Assembly: GCF_004010195.1 (NCBI RefSeq)
Contig: NC_057720.1
Coordinates: 25,294,111-25,358,110, forward strand
Length of the DNA stretch: 64,000 bases
Direction of reading: 5' to 3'
DNA from: Chiloscyllium plagiosum
Taxonomy: Eukaryota
Positions within the stretch are counted from its first letter, which is position 1. The number at the start of each line of letters is the position of its first letter. Under the pieces are notes generated by a model. The model made no database searches and was not told where the DNA came from. It saw only the letters and a program-made list of their open reading frames with translations. The position numbers and the translations under genes are program-made. This document shows positions 23,901-35,900 of the stretch, piece by piece.

Positions 23901-26900
23901 ATTACGTACAGTTCTGGTCACCGCATTAAAGGAAGGATGTGGAAGCTTTGGAAAAGGTTCAGCGGTGATTTACTAGGATGTTGCCTGGTATAGAAGGAAG
24001 GTCTTATGAGGAAAGGCTGAGGGAACTAAGGCTGTTTTCGTTGGAGAGAAGAAGGTTGAGAGGTGAATTAAATGAGACATATAAGATAATCAGAGGGTTT
24101 GATAGGGTGGACAGTGAGAGCCTTTTTCCTTGGAAGGTGAAGGCTAGCACGAGGGGACAAAGCTTTAAATTGAGCGGGTGATAGATTTAGGACAGATATC
24201 AGGGATAGATTTTTTATTCAGAGAGTAATAGGGGCATGGAATGTTCTGCCTGCAACAGTAGTAGACTCGCCGACGTTAAAGGCATTTAAATGGGCATTGG
24301 ACATACATATGGATAATAACAGAATGATGTAGGTTAGATGGGCATCAGATTAATTTCACAGGTCAGCGCAACATAGAGGACCAAAGGGCCTGTACTGCAC
24401 TGAAACTTTCTATGTTCTGTGGTGGTGTACTTTACCAACTCTTTAAATGTGGCAGAACCGATTGAGAAATTTATGATGAGTTCTTTGATTTTATAAATGG
24501 AAACATGGGATATACTGGTTAGATCTCAGCTATTGGTGTTGTGTCCAATTCTGGGCAGTACACTTCAGAAAAGATGTTAAAGCCATGGAGGAGATGCAGA
24601 GGAGGTTTACCAGAATGGTGCTAGGGATCAAAGACATCAGTTAAGTGGATTGACTATAAAAACTGACCTTTTCCTTAGTGCAGAGAAGAATAAGGAAGGA
24701 CAAATTCAGTAAAAGTGTTCAAAATTCTTGGAAGATTTTAATAGAATAAACAAATACAAACTGTTTCCAGTGGCAGAAGAATTGGTAACCAAGGGACACG
24801 GATTTAAGATAACGGGCAGTAGAACCAACAGTGACACAAGGCAACATTATATCACAGCAAGATGTTATGATCTGGAATGTACAGCTGACCGGAAGTAGAT
24901 TCAATAATAACTTTCAGTTGAAAGTTGGATAAATACTTGAAAATGGGCAAATGCTCCACTGTGGGGCAAAAACCGGGGAGTGGGATTTTATTGGATAGGT
25001 CTGCGAAACAGCTAGCTCAGGTAGAATGGACACAAAAGCTCTCCTTCTATTCTCCATATGACAACATAAGTACTGTCTATAAATAATGACAAATGTGAGG
25101 ACAATAAACGTACCTTTTGGAGAATATTCACAGCCTATATAACCTTGATATCCCAACTTCTCCAGTAAGCTGAATATGTAGCTGTAGTTGATCTCTCCTG
25201 GACTGTCTGGTTCATTCCGGTTAGGAGCTTGGGCAATTTGGACATGACCTGATTGTGGAAGCCACAACACATCAGAACAGCAGTATATTCTTCAAGACTT
25301 GGGATTAAAAGCGCAATTATCTCTGACAGGAGATCTCTGCATGGAATTCACTGACAGCATGTATGTCATCAAACTTGGTGAACTGAATATATTCTAATGA
25401 AAAACACAGTTCCTAATTATGTTTCTGGGAATGACAGCTTTAGCAGCGTATTCATGACGGCTGGTTTGCTCAATGTAATATCTCATCAGCCTGGGCAAAA
25501 CTTCAGTGTCTTTCTGCAAATTAACTGACTTTAATGATGTACCAGTCTCAAATATAATGCCCTTTCTACAGATCAGCACTGCACAATTCCACTATGCGAA
25601 CAGCTTAGTGTGATTGAACCATTGGGGAATTCAGCTACCCAAGACAATCAGCAGCTGAACTTCATGCAGGGACAATTCATTCTATACTGGACAAATGAGC
25701 ACTGAAATTTCACTTCAACATTTCACTCACAAGCCTACTGTAATATGCCTGAGGACTCCACTTACATTCTGTACCTTGATTACGAGACGCTAAGTCAAGG
25801 GAATAAAAGAGCTTGCAGCTTTTAGTCATTCTTAGGGTGTTTTTAACCTTGAGAAAAATGCAATCCTTAAAATTTAATTTTAATTCTAATTTCAGAAATT
25901 GGGTTGCTGAACTACTCCAATTAGCTCTATAAAATTGAACATTCTTTCTCACGAGCCGCAATACTTGTCAGGCAGTGAATTTTTATCAGTAGCTGCAGAA
26001 GGCTAGAGTACCTAAATAACACATTGTGGGTTAGCTCCCTAATGGGCATTTTCATAATGGTCATTAGAGCAAAAACGGATGAGAGATAACTTGATAGAGG
26101 TGTACAAGATATTGAGAGACATAGATAGAGTGGATAGCCAGAAACTTTTTTCCCAAGATGGAAATTTCTATCACAAGGGGACATAATTTTAAGGTAATTG
26201 TAGGAAGGTTTAGGGGAGATGTCAGAGGTAGGTTCTTTACACAGGGAGTGGAGGGTGTGTGGAATGCACTGCCAGCAATGGTAATAGAGTTAGATGCATT
26301 AGGGACATTTAAGTGACTCTTGGATAGGCACATGGAAGTTAGTACAATGAAAAGTATGTAGGTTAGTCTGCTCTTAGAGTAGGATAGAAGGCTGGCAAAC
26401 ATTGAGGGCTGAAGGGCCTGTACTATGCTATACTGCTGTTGAGAGCTGGGAGCATTCTCGCCTCTAAATCAAATCAACACCCAGAATATCTGATGTGAAA
26501 AAAAGGCAAGTTAGCCCAATCCAGTCCTTCTGTTCCAGTTGAATCTCTTCCTTGCCTTCCTTATGTAATGATTTGGAGACGCCGGTGTTGGACTGGGGTG
26601 CACAAAGTTAAAAATCACACAACACTAAGTTATAGTCCAACAGGTTTATTTGGAAGCACTATAAATTCTGAGTCTTACAATCTTATTCTCCACAATCACC
26701 TGATGAAGGAGCAGCGCTCCAAAAGCTAGTGCTTCCAAATAAACTTGTTGGATTATAACCTGGTGTTGTGTGATTTTTAAAACTTCCTTATCTAACTCCA
26801 GCAGCACACTTTCTATTCACTTCTCCTTCATATGCCAAGCCAGCTTCCCCCGAAATGCATCATTTCAATTGTTCTTTCCACTCCCTCTACTCCTTCTGGA

Positions 26901-29900
26901 AGTGAATTCTACCTATTAACCAATTTTCTCTGAATTTCTTACTTGATTCCTTTGGGAATATCTTATTGGTCCCTCCTTTTGCTCCACTCATGAATACAAA
27001 TACTCTTGTTGTGTTAACTCTGTCAAACCCTTTCATAATTCTGATGATCTTCATTAGGAGAAAGGTTAACATTTCAGATCAATACCTTCCAACTATGCTA
27101 CTTCCAAAATAACACTTCCTTTTTCCTCAACTGAAAATAACTCTCCAGCACGGTTGATAGGGACATTGACTGTATCTGCTCAATTTCCTCCACTTGTGCT
27201 CTCACCACTTACCTGTTCTCCCAGAACTGGGATTGAGTTGCTTTCCTTTCCCCTTTTCTGAACTCTGTAACTTGCTTAAAACCTGCTACATTTCCAACAT
27301 TCTTCCATTTTATTCAAACACTGGGTTGGATTTTCCGAGGAGGGGCAAACATTGCTACTTTTCCATTTTCTCGGAGGGTGTGGGGAGAGTGATTTTGGAC
27401 CCTAGTTGGTGGGGGTGGGTGGGTGAAGCTGTTATCAGTCTCAATCGGGGTGGGGGTCCCAAAAAGGAAGGGGCCGCTGGGTCCTAGGACTACAGGGTAT
27501 GTCAGGTTCAACAATGTGATGCAGAGGGAGTCTCAGGGAAGTATAGTTGGGCAGATGTTCAGCTTAATAGTTATCAAGAGTTTGACTGGGTTTTTAATTG
27601 TCTAACGTTTCCCAGTTAACTTAACTGCCGAGGAATCCTCCAAATTCTCAAACTACATGGATATTTTCCGAGGGAGAATGTCCAGCAGAATCTTAATTGC
27701 CCTGAGTAATTCCCTTAGAATGTGCTCCTTCAGGAATTCTCCAGGGTCCTGATGCACAAATACCATCCGTGCTGCACAAACAGCTATTTAGTTATTGGAA
27801 AATTCAGGCAAGCAATTTTGCTTCACTCGACAGACGCTGTCTGTATTTCCAGCATTGTGTGCTTTGATTCATTATTTATAATGGTTTTGAGTTCTCTGAA
27901 TATCATTTCTGAAGAACAGAAGATCAGCAGTGCTCACTCTCTAAGCAACAGAGCTCACAGACACAACCGCAAAAATGCTGGAAGATCAGCTTGAGCCACA
28001 CTTAATGACTTTCTTAGTATACGGGCAGATCACTGGTTACAATCCATCTGAAACATAAATATGTAAACAGAATGCAAGTACTTGCCTATTCGGGAGAAGT
28101 AGTTGGATACATTCTGAGTGAGATTCCCATCCATTATCTGGCAGTGAAACAAGTCCTGCAGTGAAACACAACTCAGTTAATCCGGAAACAGCCAGTCTCT
28201 GCACAGAAATTTGCACTATGTTACCTCAGTTTGAGGCATCAAATTTACAAGGAACAACCTTGTACAGAAAGAATGTCTGATCATGACAGAAATCGAGTGA
28301 GACTGAGGATTGCATTCCTTCAGAGGATAGGGGTTTATCATGCTGTTACAGCAGAGTTGAAACAGGAGTCCATGCCTCACATTAGCTGCCTCCCACCTTA
28401 CTTCATCTTCACGCGTCCTTCTATGCCTTTTCCCTTCTGTATGTGTCTAACTTCCTCTTCAATGTGTATATGCTAATCTAATGGGTAGCAAATTTCACAT
28501 TGTAAGAACACTAAGTAAATTCCCTTGAACTCCCTACTAAATTACTTAGTGACTCTTTGGGGAAATATCATCATTCAAACAATTCAATTCCCAATGAAAA
28601 GATGCATGCCCCAATATTAAATATCAGTAGAGGAATTTTTCGGAATGTCCAAAAATTTGTGATGCCTGGTGTCACAACAGAAGAGTCAATGGTAGCCATG
28701 ATGTGGAGGAACTGGTGTTGAACTGGGGTGGACGAAGTTAAAAATCACACAACACTAGATTATAGTCCAACAGGTTTATTTAGAAGCACTAGCTTTTGGA
28801 GTACTCCTCCTTCATCAGGTGATTGTGGAGGGCTCGATCGTAACACAGAATTTATAGCAAAAATTTGCAGTGTGATGTAACTGAAATTATACATTGAAGA
28901 ACTGATTGTCTGTTAAACCTTTCATCTGTTAGATTACAGTGATAGTTTCACTTCTTTCATGTGTAAATCACAAAACCCTTTTTTTTAAAGTTGCATTCTC
29001 GGGTGAGCTGTTAACAATGGTGATAGCTAGACAATATGTTGAAGGTGTTAGCCCCCTGTGTTCTCTGTCTATGACCTGAGAGTGTCTTATGTCTGTGAGG
29101 GGGTGCATGTGTGGGAGTCTGTGTGTCTATAAGGATATGTGTGGGTGTCTGTGTGCGCATCTGTGTGTACCTGTGTCCGTGTGTATAGGAATATCTGTGT
29201 GTGTGTGTGTGTGTAGTGCAATGGTGATCACCTGTAATGTGACATGAACCCAAGGTCCCGGTTGAGGCCCTCCCTATGGGTACCAAACTTAGCTATCAGC
29301 CTCTGCTCGGCCACTTTCCTCTGTTGCCTGTCCCGAAGTCCACCTTGGAGGATGGTCACCCAAAGGTCCGAGGCTGAATGTCCTGGTCAACTGAAGTGTT
29401 CCCCAACTGGGAGGGAACCCTCCTGTCTGTTGATTGTTGTGCAGTCTCCGAATCATTTCTGATGAAGGGCTTTTGCCTGCAACGTCAATTTTCCTGTTCC
29501 TCGGATGCTGTCTGACCCTGCTGTGCTTTTCCAGCACCACTCTAATCTAGACTCTGATCTCCAGCCCTCACTTTTGCCTTGCTGTCTGAGGGCTGACTAG
29601 TGGCATGAGATCTCACAAATCCTGCCATGTGACTGTACAAATTGCTGATGGTGATAGCAGCACACAGATGCTCCATGTGTTGGCACTCTACATGACAGGT
29701 AAGGCATTAATTCATTCATTGCCAAAAAGAGAGCAGAACCCTCAATATTCAAAGTAAATCTCTAACTATGTTCATCAGTAAATAACTGGAGTGAGTGGAA
29801 GGGAATTTCCACTGACCACATGTAAAGTTTCTCAAATCTGGCTATACCAAACGAGCTGTGCTAGTGACCAGTGCCAGCTTTAAGTGGAACACCTTGTGCA

Positions 29901-32900
29901 TATGTGTAAGGTTGGAGACATTGTTTTAAACTTAAGTCCAGCATCAAACAGATCACTTCTCCTGGTGTTCAGATAAATACTATACCTTTCAAAGACTTAG
30001 GGACCCTAGTCAATATGAACAACTGTTTATTATGGATGGATATGTAAAGTCTTCATGTAGTTTAGCTGGATTGGCCATGATAAATTGCCCATAATATCCA
30101 GGAATGTACAGGCTAGGTGGATTAACTGTGGGAAATGCAGGGCTACGGGGATAGAGTGGGGGTGTCTGGGTGATATGCTCCTTGAAGGGTAAGTGTGGAC
30201 TTGATAGGCTGAATGGCCTGCTTTCACACTGTAGAAATTCTATGGTTCTACATAGCTCATGCTACTGACCGGGGAAATAACAGAGTACCATGAAATACCA
30301 GCCATTCCTGAGCATCCAGAAAAAGTTTAGTATTTGCAAATCCAAATATTTTGTTTTAATTCATCACTTATCACGCTGTGGCCTTCTGGTCATGGTGGCT
30401 ATTTAGTAAGTGTGTATCAAAAAGGGTTGGGTACAAAAACACACGTGCAACGGATCATGCAGGACATTTTCAATGGTGACACCCTATCTCCTGTGTGGGG
30501 AACACACTTTGATCCAAAAACTGTATTTGTCCAAAAACCCAGCCACTTAATTTCCAGGCAGCATCAGTATGGGAGTGGAGAGGCTGTTCGCCGACTGGAC
30601 CGAAAGCAGAAGATCACCAAGAGCCACATACTCAAATCATCCAAGTCCTTTGCGGTGCTTTCAGACTTACAGCCAACCTCTAGCCCTCCTTATTCTCCGG
30701 ATACGCAGCAGGAATGTCGCAATGTCAATATTCCTGGCTACTTTCGGAGCAGAGGATCAGAAATCAGCCAATTCTCTCTGTTCCCATTATTGCAGGACTT
30801 TCCCCGCAAGAGTCATGTCAATGTAAGATGAATAGACCTCTTGCCTAATCAAACCTTAAAATCTTTTTTGCCCAAAGCATTTACAAGGTCTTGAGGCACC
30901 CCCAGCACTCCCTAACAGTGATCTATAACCTAGTTAGCTTTAGCACTCTGATGATCAGTACAAAGTGTGGCATAAAGAGGGATTTGGTTCCAAAATTTGG
31001 AAAAAAAAAACCCAAATCCATCAAAGTCTTAATCCTGATGGTGCCAGACGTGAAACACCGAACCTGCACAGGAGGGAGTATCCCACACTATTGCCAATTA
31101 GTTCTTTCTTGATCACTTCCACTCACTTTTATCAATTATTAATAATACTTAAAGCAGCATTAATATTAATAAGGTAATTAACTGTGAGCTGATGTGATGG
31201 CCGCTGAATGGGTATCTGGAGGCAGGATGATTTGGAATGAGGCACTCACTGAAGGGTCAAGAATTTTGATGCAATAATGACAAGTTCAGTAGAAATTTAC
31301 CCAAGTTGGATTGCTGAGAAGCATTTCTGTCAACATCAAAAACCAGCAATCGGACAGGGATGTTATATTAATATTCCAAGTGAACATGAATATGCTGACT
31401 GCTGTCCTCATCAAAAGAGGATGTGATTACTGATTCATCAGGCTTTCTGTCCTCTATTATTCTTACAGATTGTAAATCGCTGACGACTCGGGAATTTAGG
31501 AAATTATTTTCTATTTATGGTGTCACTCACCAGCTGGAGTTTCAAGTTAGGCCTATCCACTTGCTGCAGAATCTTCTCAGCTGAAACAAACAGCACAGCC
31601 CGTATTAAATGGGTACAGAGGGAAATGGTTACTAACCTGCAGATTAAACCACTTGTATTTCATCTCAACTTTAAACCACTTCAGGACTAATCTTTAAAGG
31701 CTGGGTTAAGCTAGCGTTTTTATTCCAAGGGGGTTTAATATAATGGCATACTGCTGCAATGTGTACATCAGAGGTGCTGTAACTGTGATTGTGAAAACAG
31801 GCAGGCTGGTGTTTACATAGTTGTCAGCTGTCCCTCAATTCCAGCATGATGTCTATGCAGGGTTATGAGGTTCTGCAAGGGGGTCTTCAGTTGACTGAAC
31901 AGGTCAATTCTCGACCCAGAGATCTTTGTGGTTAGGCAGCTGCTTGATGTAATGGGATCCAGAGTGTAGGATTGACTTGTTCTTTGTTACTGCTGCTTCC
32001 CCTCATGAATGAGGCATCTGGAATCAATGCTTGATGCAGCTCAATGGGCAAACTGTCGCCGTTTTGAACGATTGGTATCAAGCTCCACCCAGTCATTCAC
32101 GTGACTGAAAACAGCAATAGATACAATCTCCAAAAGAGATGCTCATTTAAACAAAACCAATAATGATTCAGAATCATAGAGGACTGAAGATGGACACTCA
32201 GCCCATCATGATCATGTAACTCTTTGGAAAATCTAGTTATTCCCAAGCGTTGTTCTCTATCCATAACCCTGCGAACATTTCATTTAACAGTGTAGATCTT
32301 ACTCCATTTAGAATGTTAAGAGGCTTCCAACATTCCTTCAAGCAGCACATTTCAGAGCACAATAGCTCATCACATCAATAAGCTCTTCCCCTCCACCTCA
32401 TTCCTCTAGCTCTTTTGCAAATTAACTGAAACCAATATCCTCTAAATGACTGAGTCTCCTGGATTCATCTCGGCTCAATGTGGTATCCTCTCGGCCACGG
32501 TGTGGTACCCTCTCAGCCCGGTGTGGTATCCTCTCAGCCTGGTGTAGTATCCTCTCGGCCACGGTGTGGTATCCTCTCCGCCACGGTGTGGTACCCTCTC
32601 AGCCCGGTGTGGTATCCTCTCAGCCTGGTGTAGTATCCTCTCGGCCACGGTGTGGTATCCTCTCGGCCCGTTGTGGTATCCTCTTGGTCCCGGTGTGGTA
32701 TCCTCTCGGCCCAGTGTGGTATCCTCTCGGCCCAGTGTGGTACCCTCTCGGCCCCGGTGTGGTATCCTCTCGTCCCGGTGTGGTATCCTCTCGGCCCCGG
32801 TGTGGTATCCTCTCGGCCCGGTGTGGTGTCCTCTCGGCCCGGTGTGGTACCCTTTCGGCCCCGGTGTGGTATCCTCTCGGCCTGATGTGGTATCCTCACA

Positions 32901-35900
32901 GCCTGGTGTGGTATCCTCACGGCCTGGTGTGGTATCCTCACGGCCTGGTGTGGTATCCTCTCAGCCCCGGTGTGGTACCCTCTCAGCCCGGTGTGGTACC
33001 CTCTCATCCCGGTGTGGTATCCTCTCAGCCCGGTGTGGTATCCTCTCATCCCGGTGTGGTACCCTCTCGTCCCGGTGTGGTATCCTCTCATCCCGGTGTG
33101 GTATCCTCTCAGCCCCGGTGTGGTACCCTCTCAGTCCCAGTGTGGTACCCTCTCAGCCCCGGTGTGGTACCCTCTCATCCCGGTGTGGTATCCTCTCGGC
33201 CTGATGTGGTACCCTCTCGGCCCGGTGTGGTACCCTCTCGGCCCGGTGTGGTATCCTCTCAGCCCAGTGTTGTACCCTCTCGGCCCTGGTGTGGTACCCT
33301 CATGGCGAGCTGTGGTACCCTCTCGCCCGGTGTGGTGTCCTCTTGGCCCGATGTGGTATCCTCTCAACCCCGGTGTGGTATCCTCTCAACCCCGGTGTGG
33401 TACCCTCTCGGCCCGGTGTGGTGTCCTCTCAGCCCCGGTGTGGTATCCTCTCGGCCCCGGTGTGGTACCCTCTCGGACCCGGTGTGGTACCCTCTCGGCC
33501 CGGTGTGGTATCCTCTTGGCCCCGGTGTGGTACCCTCACATCCAGGTGTGGTATCCTCTCTGCCCGGTGTGGTACCCTCTCGGCCCGGTGTGGTACCCTC
33601 TCGGCCCGGTGTGGTACCCTCTCGGCCCGGTGTGGTACCCTCTCGGCCCGGTGTGGTACCCTCTCGGCCCGGTGTTGTACCCTCTCAGCCCGGTGTGGTA
33701 CCCTCTCGTCCCGGTGTGGTACCCTCATGGCCCCGGTGGGTATCCTCTTGGCCCCAGTGTGGTACCCTCTCGGCCCGGTGTGGTATCCTCTCGGCCCGAT
33801 GTGGTATCATCTCGGCCCGGTGTGGTATCCTCTCAGCCTGGTGTGGTACCCTCTCGGCTCAATGTAGTACCCTCTCAGCCCGGTGTGATATCCTCTTGGC
33901 CCCGGTGTGGTATCCTCTCAGCCCGGTGTGGTACCCTCTCGGCCCGGTGTGGTATCCTCTCGGCCCGGTGTGGTATCCTCTCAGCCCGGTGTGGTACCCT
34001 CTCGGCCCGGTGTGGTACCCTCTCGGCCCGGTGTGGTATCCTCTCGGCCCGGTGTGGTATCCTCTCGGCCCCGGTGTGGTACCCTCTCTGCCCGGTGTGG
34101 TACCCTCTCCGCCCAGTGTGGTATCCTCTCAGCCCGGTGTGGTACCCTCTCGGCCCCGGTGTGGTACCCTCTCGGCCCCGGTGTGGTATCCTCTCGGTCC
34201 GGTGTGATATCCTCTTGGCCCGGCGTGGTATATTCTCGGCCCCGGTGTGGTATCCACTCGGCCCGGTGTGGTACACTCTTGGCCCTGGCGTGGTACCCTC
34301 TCGGCCCCGGCGTGGTATCCTCTTGGCCCGGTGTGGTACCCTCTTGGCCCCGGTGTGGTACCCTCTCGGCCCAGTGTGGTCTCATTTCGGCCCCTGTGTG
34401 GTATCCTCTCGGCCCCGGTGTGGTATCCTCTCGGCCCCGGTGTGGTATCCTCTCGGCCCCGGTGTGGTACCCTCACATCCAGGTGTGGTATCCTCTCTGC
34501 CCGGTGTGGTACCCTCTCCGCCCAGTGTGGTATCCTCTCAGCCCGGTGTGGTACCCTCTCGGCCCGGTGTGGTATCCTCTCAGCCTGGTGTGGTACCCTC
34601 TCGTCCCGGTGTGGTACCCTCTCAGCCCCGATGTGGTACCCTCTCTGCCCGGTGTGGTATCCTCTCGGCCTGGTGTGGTACCCTCTCGGCTGAATGTAGT
34701 ACCCTCTCAGCCCGGTGTGGTACCCTCTCGTCCCGGTGTGGTACCCTCATGGCCCCGGTGTGGTACCCTCTCGGCCCGGTGTGGTACCCTCTCGGCCCGG
34801 TGTGGTACCCTCTCGGCCCCGGTGTGGTATCCTCTCGGTCCGGTGTGATATCCTCTCGGCCCGGTGTGGTATATTCTCGGCCCTGGTGTGGTATCCACTC
34901 TGCCCGGTGTGGTACACTCTTGGCCCTGGCGTGGTACCCTCTCGGCCCCGGCGTGGTACCCTCTCGGCCCGGTGTGATATCCACTCGGCCCGGTGTGGTA
35001 CACTCTTGGCCCTGGCGTGGTACCCTCTCGGTCCCGGCATGGTATCCTCTTGGCCCGGTGTGGTACCCTCTCCACCCGGTGTGGTACCCTCTCCGCCCGG
35101 TGTGGTATACTCTCAGCCCAGTGTGGTACCCTCTTGGCCCGGTGTGGTATCCTCTCAGCCTAGTGTGGGGTCCTCTCGGCCCGGTGTGGTATCCTCTCAG
35201 CCTGGTGTGGGGTCCTCTCGGCCCGTTGTGGTATCCTCTCGGCCCGGTGTGGTATCGTCTCGGCCCGGTGTGGTATCGTCTCGGCCCAGTGTGGTATCTT
35301 CTCGGCCCTGGTGTGGTGTCCTCTCGGCCCGGTGTGGTGTCCTCTCAGTAGGTAAAAACAATGACTGCAGATGCTGGAAACCAGATTCTGGATCAGTGGT
35401 GCTGGAAGAGCACAGCAATTCAGGCAGCATCCGAGGACAGGCAAAATCGACGTTTCGGGCAAAAGCCCTTCATCAGGAATAAAGGCAGAGAGCCTGAAGC
35501 GTGGAAACGTCGATTTTGCCTGTCCTCGGATGCTGCCTGAATTGCTGTGCTCTGCTAACTCAGAAGGACAATGGAACAGATTCAGGAAAACATAAATGGA
35601 CCGATATCAAAGAACTAGTTTGAAGTAAAAAAGGCAGAGAAGGAAAGAAATAACAGCAATGACGTTACAAGTTCCTCTCTCCCTGTCTGTCTCCAGCTCA
35701 GGAACCAGTGTCCAATGAAAAAGCAACTTGGAAAAACAGCCATTCATTGAGATCTCAAGGACGTCTGCAAACTCTGTCACTGTTGAGGAAACAAGACAAC
35801 AGCAAAACAATTGTGGTGTCAAGTTTCACTCTCATAATTCAAGAACTTTAAAATGCTATTTATTTTACCTTCCTGTCTGTAATAGACACCGTAACCCTTT

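Noticed and set aside
32468..35348. CRISPR-like array
   Set aside because: Units are contiguous with no unique spacers, there are no cas genes, and the context is a vertebrate intron.
32480..35482. Long ORFs (575 and 793 aa; [21 protein letters not shown] repeats)
   Set aside because: The repeat unit has no stop codon, so all frames are open on both strands; these are artefacts of the minisatellite.
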